A DNA stretch of 64,000 nucleotides. It comes from Okamejei kenojei (Eukaryota). The notes beneath the pieces are model-generated. The model made no database searches. It was not told the DNA's origin and saw only the letters and a list, made by a program, of their open reading frames with translations. The DNA lies in NCBI GenBank assembly GCA_035221665.1, contig CM069146.1, positions 44,702,001 through 44,766,000 of the forward strand. The letters are read 5' to 3'. Position 1 is the stretch's first letter; the number at the start of each line of letters is the position of its first letter. A program made the position numbers and the translations under genes. Shown one piece after another: positions 25,171 through 37,052 of this stretch.

Positions 25171-25865
25171 ATAATTTACAGGCAAGCCATCAATTACTTT
25201 TTTTTTTTTTTTTAAATCATGAAATGTTTGTATGGTGTGACATGCATTTTGCCAAGAGTCAAGAGGGCTTTATTGTCATGTCCTGAATCAGAACAATGAC
25301 ATTCTTAATTGCAGCAGCATAACAGATTTGTAAACTTAGTATTCACTAGTTAATATAAAAAGCAAAAAGTAATTCAATTAATAAAAAAAAACAATACAGT
25401 GCAAAAACAAAACAAAGCCTAAAGTCCCCAGTGCAACCCAGGAGTTTTTGCCCACCTATACATTCATTCACCCACTTTAAACCTATATCCTTCTGTGCCT
25501 TACCTGTTCAAGTGCCCATCTAAATACCTCTTAAACGTAGTGATTGTGCCTGACTTCATTATCTCTCCTGCAAACAAGATCAAGTAATCAATAACTATTT
25601 GTGTAAAGATCTGACCCCTCACTCAGTTCCCTTTTGAAACTCCCTCTTCTCACCTTCAACCAATGCCACTGTCTTTTGATATGCCTAATGTGAGGGAAAG
25701 ATCCGGACCACCTCCTTTATCTAATAATTTATATAGCCCCCTATAAGTGGACCCATAAATCCAGGGAAACCAAACCCATTTTATCCAATTTCTCCCTGTG
25801 ACTGAAGTCCTTCACTCCCTGCAACCTTTTGGTGAATCTCTTCTGCTGTCCATGCATTTCACTTC

Positions 25866-26060
25866 CCCGGGTTCTCCGGTTTCCTCCCACTCGCCAAAGA
25901 CGTATGGGTTTGTAGGTTAATTGGGATTTAAAAAATAAAAAAAAACTGTAAATTGTCCCTACTGTGGAGGATGGTGTTGGTGTGCGGGGATTGCCGCTCG
26001 ACGCAGGCACAGTGGGCCGAGGGGCCTGTTTTAGCACTGTATCTCTAAGCTAAACTAAAC
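25866..26060 (+). mobile_element. V-SINE 3' part
   Basis: ctccggtttcctcccac V-domain; tail ctaagctaaactaaac. Confidence 0.8.
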
Positions 26061-26125
26061 CAATTCAGTGTTTGACCTGGTTGAGACGCTGACTCCTGCA
26101 AAATCAGCGACATTTCAGTTTTTAA

Positions 26126-26260
26126 TTCAGAAGATGAATCCCGACCCGAAACGTTACCCATCTTTTTCTCCAGAGAGGCTGCCTGACCTGCTGAGTTACT
26201 CCAGCATTTTGTGTCTATGTTTGGCATAAACTAGCATCTTCAGTTCGTTGTTTCTACATT
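26126..26260 (+). mobile_element. Penelope-like pLTR remnant
   Basis: cagaagatgaatcccgacccgaaacgttacccatc...gagttactccagc. Confidence 0.75.
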
Positions 26261-26402
26261 CTGCCTCCAGTGTTGCTACACCACTCAGACTGCTCAACGA
26301 TAAATGTTCTGTGAATGAAAATAGCTTTTTCAATTGATCTACAATGTCTATCTTCTGGTTTGTTAAAAATAATACAAGATTTAATATATTTGTTATCATC
26401 TT

Positions 26403-29400
26403 TGGCAGATTGCAAATTACCTATTAACCTGTAACAATGCAAGGTAAATGGAAGGTGTCATTTTCCACAATAAACTGTGCACCACTCAACATATTGAACT
26501 ATTTGTACAATTTGACAGCCTAGAAATCTGTTGTGGCTTCCACTTCTAGTTCAAGGCCCGAGTAATTTTTTAAGATAGTACACTTCCATTGAAAATACAA
26601 AATTGTTGCTATGTGAGAAAGGGCTAGAATGATGGCTTCAATGCATGAAAGAGGCACACAGTATTAGGAAGCAACCATGTTCTAAGGAAATCACATCAGT
26701 TTATATTTGCCACAGAAGGCGGTTGATGAACCACTATCTGCGCAAAGGACTTGGTTCTTAAATATAAAAGCAAGTTGAAAGCAAAAATTATTAACCGAAC
26801 ACTACAAGAGTCATGATTCATCGTCAAAACTACCCTGCTCTCATAACAAAGATGCAGTCTCTAACAAAGTCAGTGCGGCGTAATGGGCCAACAGAGAATG
26901 CTGCTGCCTCTCGGCTCCAGAGACCCGTGTTCAATTCTGGCTTTGAGTGTGTCTGTGTGAAGTTACACGTGCTCTCTATACGTTTCAGTTTCTTTACACA
27001 TCTCAGAATCATAGAGACATACAGCACAGAAACAGGCCCTTCAGCCCAAGCCGACCAATCTTCGACACTAGTCCCATCTGCCTGCATTTGGCACTTATCC
27101 CTCTAAATCTATCCTACCCATATACCTGTCAAAATACTTCTTAAACATTACATTAGTAGTACCTGCCTCAACTATCTCCTCCGGCAGCTAATTCCATACA
27201 CCCGCCTCACTATGTGTGATAAAGTTACCCCTCGGGTTCCTCGTTACCTTAAAAGCTGAGATGTGTTAGTGCGTTAATTGGCTATTGTAAATTGACCCTT
27301 GGTGTGGGTAAATAACATGGAATCACAATGGAATTGAAGGCCCTGTGAGATAAGTTACAATGGATGGGAGAAGAAGGGGGCAGGAGCGGAATGTGATTCA
27401 TCACATGGAAGTAATATACAAATGCTACACATTGCATGATATCGTAAATGCACTTGAGGTAATTTATAAAGGTCAACTTCTGAAAAAGATAAATTCAAAT
27501 TTAATGAGCACATTCAATCTGCAGAAAGCACAATTTGGCCTAAGCTTTGCAATATCCTTCTTCAATTTTGCATCACATTATTAGGCGTAACATAGCCATC
27601 AACTTTCATTCAAGGTACTTGCAAAATGAGAAAGCGTTTAATTGCTAAAACCTGTAATCATATTAGAAAACTAACATTTGTAAATTAATGCAAGCTATCA
27701 CACTCCCAAATTTCTTGTACAAGAATCAACCACAAAGAATTTGCCTGTCCTTTACAAAGTCAAACAGAGAACGATGAGGCAATCAATTAAAATAAAAATT
27801 AATTTTATATACAAACACGCTTTTAGTTCCAATTGCTATTATCCTTCGATAACGCTCATTCAAATTAGTATCCAGAGTACATTCACAGTCTCATACAGTA
27901 AACAATGTTACTGCCTGTTCTGTACATGAAGCTAAACACATGAATTCAATTATATAGTCTTCTTGGGATTTAACATTTAAATCCCTTCAACATATAAATA
28001 ATGTATTATAACAACTTCTCACACGTAATAACACTTCAAATACAACAGCGATGTCAACAAATGGTTTCAAAATGAAATGTATTACCATAAATGAATAAGT
28101 GGCTTTCAAATAAGCAGTTCAGAATCTTCTGGTGAATAACAGTAGAATGAAGATTAACTTATTAAGGAATTAGTGTTTAAGAAGGAACTGCAGATGCTGG
28201 AAAATCAAAGGTAGACAAATGTGCTGGAGAAACTCAGCAGGTGTGACAGCATCTATGGAGCGAAGGAAATAGGCAACGTTTCAGGTCAAAACCCTTCTTC
28301 AGACTGATGTAGGGGTGGGGGTGGGGGAGAAGAAATTAGAAAGGAAGAGGAGGAGCCAGAGGGCTGAGGGATAGCTGAGAAGGGGAGGAGACAGCGAGGG
28401 CTACCGGAAATTGGAGAAGTCAATGTTCAAGCCGCTGGGGTGCAAACTACCCAAGCGGAATATGAGGTGCTGCTCCGCCAATTTCCGGTGGTGCTCACTC
28501 TGGCCCAGCACAGAAAGGTCGGATTCGGAATGGGAGGGGGAGTTGAAGTGCTGAGCCACCGGGAGATCAGGTTGGTTAATGCGGACCGAGCAGACGTGTT
28601 TCGGCGAAACGATTTTGCCAAGCCTACGCTTGGTCTCACCGATGTAGATAAGCTGACATCTAGAGAAGCAGATGCAATAGATGAGGTTGGAGGAGGTGGC
28701 AGATTGCAAATTACCTATTAACCTGTAACAATGCAAGGTAAATGGAAGGTGTCATTTTCCACAATAAACTGTGCACCACTCAACATATTGAACTATTTGT
28801 ACAATTTGACAGCCTAGAAATCTGTTGTGGCTTCCACTTCTAGTTCAAGGCCCGAGTAATTTTTTAAGATAGTACACTTCCATTGAAAATACAAAATTGT
28901 TGCTATGTGAGAAAGGGCTAGAATGATGGCTTCAATGCATGAAAGAGGCACACAGTATTAGGAAGCAACCATGTTCTAAGGAAATCACATCAGTTTATAT
29001 TTGCCACAGAAGGCGGTTGATGAACCACTATCTGCGCAAAGGACTTTGTTCTTAAATATAAAGCAAGTTGAAAAGCAAAATTAATAACCGAACACTACAA
29101 GAGTCATGATTCATCGTCAAAACTACCCTGCTCTCATAACAAAGATGCAGTCTCTAACAAAGTCAGTGCGGCGTAATGGGCCAACAGAGAATGCTGCTGC
29201 CTCTCGGCTCCAGAGACCCGTGTTCAATTCTGGCTTTGAGTGTGTCTGTGTGAAGTTACACGTGCTCTCTATACGTTTCAGTTTCTTTACACATCTCAGA
29301 ATCATAGAGACATACAGCACAGAAACAGGCCCTTCAGCCCAAGCCGACCAATCTATCGACACTAGTCCCATCTGCCTGCATTTGGCACTTATCCCTCTAA

Positions 29401-30992
29401 ATCTATCCTACCCATATACCTGTCAAAATACTTCTTAAACATTACATTAGTAGTACCTGCCTCAACTATCTCCTCCGGCAGCTAATTCCATACACCCGCC
29501 TCACTATGTGTGATAAAGTTACCCCTCGGGTTCCTCGTTACCTTAAAAGCTGAGATGTGTTAGTGCGTTAATTGGCTATTGTAAATTGACCCTTGGTGTG
29601 GGTAAATAACATGGAATCACAATGGAATTGAAGGCCCTGTGAGATAAGTTACAATGGATGGGAGAAGAAGGGGGCAGGAGCGGAATGTGATTCATCACAT
29701 GGAAGTAATATACAAATGCTACACATTGCATGATATCGTAAATGCACTTGAGGTAATTTATAAAGGTCAACTTCTGAAAAAGATAAATTCAAATTTAATG
29801 AGCACATTCAATCTGCAGAAAGCACAATTTGCCTAAGCTTTGCAATAATCCTTCTTCAATTTTGCATCACATTATTAGGCGTAACATAGCCATCAACTTT
29901 CATTCAAGGTACTTGCAAAATGAGAAAGCGTTTAATTGCTAAAACCTGTAATCATATTAGAAAACTAACATTTGTAAATTAATGCAAGCTATCACACTCC
30001 CAAATTTCTTGTACAAGAATCAACCACAAAGAATTTGCCTGTCCTTTACAAAGTCAAACAGAGAACGATTGAGGCAATCAATTAAAATAAAAATTAATTT
30101 TATATACAAACACGCTTTTAGTTCCAATTGCTATTATCCTTCGATAACGCTCATTCAAATTAGTATCCAGAGTACATTCACAGTCTCATACAGTAAACAA
30201 TGTTACTGCCTGTTCTGTACATGAAGCTAAACACATGAATTCAATTATATAGTCTTCTTGGGATTTAACATTTAAATCCCTTCAACATATAAATAATGTA
30301 TTATAACAACTTCTCTCACGTAATAACACTTCAAATACAACAGCGATGTCAACAAATGGTTTCAAAATGAAATGTATTACCATAAATGAATAAGTGGCTT
30401 TCAAATAAGCAGTTCAGAATCTTCTGGTGAATAACAGTAGAATGAAGATTAACTTATTAAGGAATTAGTGTTTAAGAAGGAACTGCAGATGCTGGAAAAT
30501 CAAAGGTAGACAAATGTGCTGGAGAAACTCAGCAGGTGTGACAGCATCTATGGAGCGAAGGAAATAGGCAACGTTTCAGGTCAAAACCCTTCTTCAGACT
30601 GATGTAGGGGTGGGGGTGGGGAGAAGAAATTAGAAAGGAAGAGGAGGAGCCAGAGGGCTGAGGGATAGCTGAGAAGGGGAGGAGACAGCGAGGGCTACCG
30701 GAAATTGGAGAAGTCAATGTTCAAGCCGCTGGGGTGCAAACTACCCAAGCGGAATATGAGGTGCTGCTCCGCCAATTTCCGGTGGTGCTCACTCTGGCCC
30801 AGCACAGAAAGGTCGGATTCGGAATGGGAGGGGGAGTTGAAGTGCTGAGCCACCGGGAGATCAGGTTGGTTAATGCGGACCGAGCAGACGTGTTTCGGCG
30901 AAACGATTTTGCCAAGCCTACGCTTGGTCTCACCGATGTAGATAAGCTGACATCTAGAGAAGCAGATGCAATAGATGAGGTTGGAGGAGGTG
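26403..30992. repeat. Direct tandem duplication, unit ~2294 bp (26403-28698 and 28697-30992)
   Basis: Both units start tggcagattgcaaattacc and end gaggttggaggaggtg; near-identical ORFs recur in both (27282/29576, 28440/30734). Confidence 0.97.
28180..28698 (-). mobile_element. Penelope-like element (GIY-YIG end plus pLTR, intact hammerhead core 28275-28302), truncated by the duplication junction
   Basis: SSNLIYCICFSRCQLIYIGETKRRLG...NIDFSNFR*; minus strand CTGAAGA AGGGTTTTGACCT GAAAC GTT. Confidence 0.9.
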
Positions 30993-31560
30993 CAGGTGAA
31001 CCTCTGTCGCACCTGGAACGACTGCTTGGGTCCTTGAATGGAGTTGAGGGATAAGGTAAAGCGACAAGTGTAGCTTCTCTTGCGGTTGCAAGGGAAAGTG
31101 CCCGGGAAGGGGGTGGTGCGGGAGGGAAGGAAAGAATTGACCAGGGAGTTATGGAGGGAGCGGTCTTTGCGAGTGGTGGGGTCACGTTGGAGGTGGCCCT
31201 CCGGTTCTTCCTCGACCGGAGAACCAACCAATCCCCATCTACAGATGCTCTCCTCCGCCTAGCGGCTAGTTCTCACCCATAATTTTTTGTTTGACTCCTC
31301 CCATTTCCCCCAAATACAAGGTGTAGCTCTGAGCATGCGCATGGGCCCCAGCTATGCCTGCCTCTTTGTAGGGCACCAATTTCCGGTAGCCCTTGCTGTC
31401 TCCTCCCCTTCTCAGCTCTCCCTCAGCCCTGGCTCCTCCTCTTCCTTTCTTCTCCCTGCCCCCCCCCCCCCCCACATCAGTCAGATGAAGACTTTCGACC
31501 TGAAATGTTGCCCATTTCCTTCACTCCATAGATGCTGAGTTTCTCCAGCACTTTTGTCTA
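30475..31560 (-). mobile_element. Penelope-like retroelement: GIY-YIG endonuclease region plus pLTR, with an inverted RT fragment and inverted pLTR
   Basis: ORF 30695..31231(-): PCNRKR..C...FTCTSSNLIYCI...IYIGET...HFN; plus-strand HFPQIQGVALSMRMGPSYACLFVG (RT); 31376-31560 is the reverse complement of ~30505-30708. Confidence 0.92.
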
Positions 31561-32404
31561 ATTTATTAAGGAACCAGAAATATAACTAACCTGCCTTATA
31601 CAGTTTTGTGATGCACACATGTTTAATTACCATCTCCAAAGTATCATGCATAAACTTAGCATTTATGTACTTCGGAAAATCTCCATTTAATTCCATTCAT
31701 AACTAATTTTGATGCCAGGGTTTCGGGTGGAAGACTTGTGTCATTCTGTGTATCAGAATTTCAAATAGATGTAGTGGCAACATCCAAAATACACACTTCA
31801 TGAATTATTATCTTCCACGACAAGGACCAAAACTATTTCTCAGCCATTCCACTGACGTATATGTAGAGAGTTTTCTCCATCAGGTAATAATTAGAACACA
31901 TTCCAATATCTCAGAAAACTTTTGTCAAATATGCAAAAGATAAAAACTCAATGATAATTTGTTCATAAATTTACATTCAAAATATGAATGTCACTCAGAA
32001 GAATGGATTTATCCTCCAGATATTTAGGCCGTAGGCGCTATCTAAAAGTGTGAATTATACGGGTACTGTGAGGTAAGGTTGAGAGGAATATCTACCAAGC
32101 CTTTTAACATCTTTTCTGTTAGTTGAAATGATTCCCAGCTATAACTGTTTAACTGTATATATGGACTGTATATGATCAAGGGCATATATGCTGCAGACTG
32201 TTTTTCAACATACTGAACTCCTTGCCTAAAACAACAACTTAACAACTTACTATACTCACTATAACTAAAAACACAGCCAACGGTAAAATAATTAAAACCA
32301 GAAAAGGAAGGGGTCAGAGTTGGAAGAACAGTTATCTCATGGGTTATGGGACAGGCAGAATTTTAAGAAACAGGATAGATTCAGGCAAGACAACATATAT
32401 TTAT

Positions 32405-32650
32405 AGGTTTAAGGTGAAGGGAGAAAAATATAATATTAATCTGAGGGGTAACTTTTTCATACAATGGGTGATGGGTGTATGGAACGAATGCTGGAGGAGG
32501 TCGTTGAGGCAGGGACTATTGTAATGTTTAAGAAACAATTAGACAGGCACATGGATGGGCCAAGTTTAAGTTGCGACTAATGCAGATGGGACATATTGGT
32601 CAGTGTGAGAAATTTGGGCCGAAGGGCCTGTTTCCTCGCTGAATGACTCT
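32405..32650 (+). mobile_element. Old CR1 3' fragment
   Basis: RFKVKGEKYNINLRGNFFIQWVMGVWNE and tail gggccgaagggcctgtttcc. Confidence 0.8.
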
Positions 32651-33166
32651 CTCTATGGCTCTTCAAGACCGTAACTGGTTATCAATGAACCATTCCAACA
32701 GTAGGGAGGTTCTGAAGGTTCGGCGAGGGACTGAGAGCACATTGGGTCTTCTTTGTTCACTGAGACTTGGTGCAAACATTTAGGACTGAAGTTCAGTGTT
32801 TTCAAATCTAAAAGCAGCACTTACCTAACGAAGACCACAACAATCTCCATTGCCACTCAGTGCTTCTCCCGGCCTCAACGAGGAAGAGCCCACACCTGTG
32901 CTCGGTGTTGCAACAGGTTGGCGCAAGGGTCACCGGCCACTCTGGGCGCAGCTGCTGCAACTTGCATTAAATGCAACGGGAAAGAACGGAAAACCCACCT
33001 GACTGACTCACGCACATAGCTGCACGAATAAGGTAAACAGCTCGTTACAAAGTGACGCGTACCGCCTGCTGCTTCTCAACGTAAACTACAAGGTTGTTAA
33101 AAAGAAATGTCTTTATTCACCAGAACTTCTCAACGCAAAGGTGATGATCGCTGCTAAATACATATT

Positions 33167-33250
33167 CTGAAGAAGGGTTCCGACCCCAAACGTCACCTAT
33201 TCTCTCCCTCCAGAGATGCTGCCTGCATCACCCGCATTTTGGATCTGTCT
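33167..33250 (+). mobile_element. Penelope-like pLTR remnant
   Basis: CTGAAGA AGGGTTCCGACCC CAAAC GTC; one core substitution (GAAA to CAAA). Confidence 0.8.
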
Positions 33251-33929
33251 TCGGAAATCAATTTTTAGGTTCAGATTTATATTGAAACAGACTGAAAGAA
33301 TAATAACTCGACCACAGAGACTTGTTTGGTTTTTACTGTCGTCTTCGGTTGCACTTGAAACTCGTTGATATGTGCAGCGCCAACCTTTAATAACTTTGGA
33401 CATTTATTTATACATATTAAATCGCTGTTTATCATATAACACACAGCGGATGATCATCAGCAGCAGCTCTTTATTTCCTTGGAGACTGATGTTCAAAGTC
33501 TGTAGTTAAATGGCTCGCAACGGCGCACCCCATTATAGATAATACCTAGAATTATGATTTATTTCCTCGGAGACTCTAAGCAAATTCTAAAATAAATTAA
33601 ATAATGATAATCTCCCTGATCATATGGACAATGCAATAAGACGAAACTCAAACATTAGTTCTCACTTTTATTGTTTCAATAATACTCATATGAAATACTC
33701 ATATATTACTTGGTTTTAATTTACGTTACTCTCTAGTGATTTTCTCACGTAAGCATGGCAACTAATTGAAATACTTTTCAGACACTCGTCCGTTAAAACA
33801 AAAACAGAATATCGACGCCGATGGTGTAAATGTTTGTTTCGACTGATTATTAAAATTGTCCGAAAAATGAAAACCGTCAGAATTCTCTCTCAACACTAGT
33901 TTGCAGACAACACAAAAAAAAATGGTGAG

Positions 33930-34490
33930 TTATGGATAGTGTAGCCGATTATTAATGGATACTGCAAGATGTAGATCAGTTGGAATTTGGGAGGAGAAAT
34001 GGCAGATGGAGTTTAATCCCGACAAGTGTGAGGTGTTGGATTTCAGAAGGCCAAATTCTAGAGGAAATGTATCAGCAAATGGCAGGACTTGGAGGGGTCT
34101 CAGGGCTCCAATCCATAGTACCCAAAAGTCACAAATGGATAGGACAATAAAGCAGACCACATGCTTGTCATCATTGGTCAGGACATTGAGTACAAACATG
34201 AGGAAATCATGTTGCAGCTGTTTAAAACGTTTGTAAGGTCACGTTTGGAGTGATATGCACAGGTCTGAGCATCATGCTGTAGGATAGATGTTGAGGCTTT
34301 GGGGGAGGTTGCCGAAGAGGTTCACAAAGATGTTGCTTAGATTGGATTTTATTAGCTATACTACAACGCAGTTGGAATAACGTGAATTGTTTTTATTTTC
34401 TGGAGCAGAGGCTGGGAAAATAGTAGAGTATTAAGCACGAGCAGAGTATTAGAAATGTCAAATACTAAAGGGAATTCCTTTAAGGTGAGA
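33930..34490 (+). mobile_element. Old CR1 RT fragment
   Basis: WEEKWQMEFNPDKCEVLDF. Confidence 0.8.
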
Positions 34491-34598
34491 GGGGTGAGGG
34501 GGGGGGGGGGGAGGGGTGAGGGGGGGAGGGGGGGAGGGGTGAGGGGGGGGAGGGGGGGGGGGGGGGAGGGGGGAGGGGGGGAGGGGGGGGGGGGGGGA
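34490..34598 (+). repeat. G-rich low-complexity tract
   Basis: Runs of G separated by single a or tga over about 110 bp. Confidence 0.95.
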
Positions 34599-34600
34599 GA

Positions 34601-36710
34601 CTGATGGGATTGAAGGATAGACTGATGAGATTGAAGGCTGATAAATCCCCAGGGCCTGATGGTCTGCATCCCACGGTACTTCAAGAAGTGGCTCTAGAAA
34701 TCGTGGATGCATTGGGGATAATTTCCCAATGTTCTATAGACTCAGGATCAGTTCCTGTGGATTGGAGGGTAGCTAATGTTATCCCACTTTTTAAGAAAGG
34801 CGGGAGAGAGAAAACAGGGAATTATAGGCCAGTTAGCCTGACATTGGTGGTGGGGAAGATGCTGGAGTCAATTATAAAAGATGAGATAGCTGCACAGGAC
34901 CGGTAACAGGACCGGTCCTAGTCAGCATGAATTTACGAAGGGGAAATCATGCTTGACTAATCTTCTGGAATTTTTTGAAGCTGTAACTAGGAAAATGGAC
35001 AAGGGAGAGCCAGTGGAAGCAGTGTACCTGGACTTTCAGAAAGCATTTGATAAGGTCCCACATAGGAGCTTAGTGGGAAAATTTAGGGCACATGGGATTG
35101 GGGGTAGAGTGCTCACATGGATAGAGAAGTGGTTGGTAGACAGGAAACAAAGAGTAGGGATTAACGGGTCCCTTTCAGAATGGCAGGCACTGACTAGTGG
35201 AGTACTTCAAGGCTCGGTGCTGGGTCCGCAGCTATTTACAATATACGTCAATGATTTGGATGAAGGGATTCAAAGTAACATTAGCAAATTTGCAGATGAC
35301 ACAAAGCTGGGTGGCAGTGTGAACTGTGAGGAGGATGCTATGAGAATGCAGGGTGACTTGGACAGGTTGGGGGAGTGGGCAGATGCATGGCAGATGAAGT
35401 TTAATGTGGATAAATGTGAGGTTATCCACTTTGGTAGCAAAAACAGGAAGGCAGATTACTATCTAAATGGCGTCAAGTTGGGAAAAGGTGAAGTACAACA
35501 GGATCTGGGGGTCCTTGTACATCAGTTTATGAAAGTAAGCATGCAGGTACAGCAGGCAGTGAAGAAAGCGAATGGCATGTTGGCCTTTATAACAAGAGGA
35601 ATCAAATATAGGAGCAACGAGGTCCTTCTGCAGTTGTACAGAGCCCTAGTGAGACCACACCTTAGGAATATAGGAGTATTGTGTGCAGTTTTGGTCCCCT
35701 AATTTGAGGAAGGACATTCTTGCCATTGAGGGAGTGCAACGTAGGTTTATAAGGTTACTTCCCGGGATGGCGGGACTGTCATATGCTGAGAGAATGGAGC
35801 AGCTGGGCTTGTACACTCTAGAATTTAGAAGGATGAGAGGAGATCTCATTGAAACTTATAAAATTGTTAATTTTGACAGATCTGAGATGATCTATTTTGG
35901 TAAGACAAACCAGGGCAGGACATACTAGAGGCAGGAAACATGTTCTCAATGTTGGGAGAGTCCAGAACCAGGGGCCACAGTTTAAGAATAAGCCATTTAG
36001 AATGGAGACGAGGAAACACTTTTTCTCACAGAGTGGCGAGTCTGTGGAATTCTCTGCCTCAGAGGGCAGAGGAGGGAGGTTCTCTGGATACTTTCAAGAG
36101 AGAGCTTCATGAGTGCAAAAGATTATCTGTGACCAGTGCTGGGGTCACCATTGTTCCCATTTACGTTAATGATGAGGATGAGAATGTATTTAAAGTGGTT
36201 AGTTTTATGGATGACATCAATGTTGGTAGTAGAGTGGAGAATGAGGAAAGTTGCCCAAGTTTACACAACGATATGGGCCAACTGGGGAATATGGGGAAAT
36301 GGGTCAAAGAATGGCAGGTGGAATTCAATTTTGACAAATCTGAGATTATATATTTTGGTAAGACAAACCAGGGCAGGACATGCTAGAGGCAGGAAACATG
36401 TTCCTGATGTTGGGGGAGTCCAGAACCAGGGGCCACAGTTTAAGAATAAGGAATAAGCCATTTAGAACGGAGACGAGGAAACACTTTTTCTCACAGAGAG
36501 TGGCGAGTCTGTGGAATTCTCTGCCTCAGAGGGCAGAAGAGGGAGGTTCTCTGGATACTTTCAAGCGAGAGCTAGATAGGGATCTTAAAAATAGCGGAGT
36601 CAGGGGATATGGGGAGAAGGCAGGAACGAGGTACTGATTGGGATGATCACATTGAATGGCGGTGCTGGCTCGAAGGGCCAAATGGCCTCCTCCTGCACCT
36701 ATTGTCTATT
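34601..36710 (+). mobile_element. Relatively young 5'-truncated CR1 LINE (ORF2 RT domain to 3' end) with internal rearrangement
   Basis: KSPGPDGLHP, NYRPVSLT, YLDFQKAFDKVPH, SGVLQGSVLGP, SKFADDTKL; tail gaagggccaaatggcctcctcctgcacctattgtctattg. Confidence 0.97.
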
Positions 36711-37052
36711 GAAAGTTTAAAGATGTGCAAGGGAAGTTTGTGTCCACAGAGTGGTAGGTGTATGCAAGTTATTTAACAGGTCAAATGTATATATTTTATC
36801 ACTGGTGTGAAAAACCTCGATACACCTCCTTTGGTGAGTAGTTTTAAAATGTCTCTACATGAAAGAAACGGGATCTAAATTACTACTGAACTTATCATCA
36901 GACAGCCAGACCTGGTTTAATTCAAAATAGGCATCAGGTCTACGAGCTGTAGGTGTTTTTTATTTATTTATTTATTTTTTTAGTATCGGGCTGAATATTC
37001 ACTGTCTTATTGAATATTCACTGTCCATCTTCAGAGATGAAATTGCAGCCCT

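Noticed and set aside
28401-28736. 111-aa ORF as a novel chimeric GIY-YIG gene
   Set aside because: Created by the duplication junction fusing unique sequence to a Penelope fragment; no evidence of expression and the junction may be artefactual.
34361-34712. Proline-rich ORFs (also 7571-7900, 12625-12965, 16947-17252)
   Set aside because: Translations of G/C homopolymer and purine tracts.
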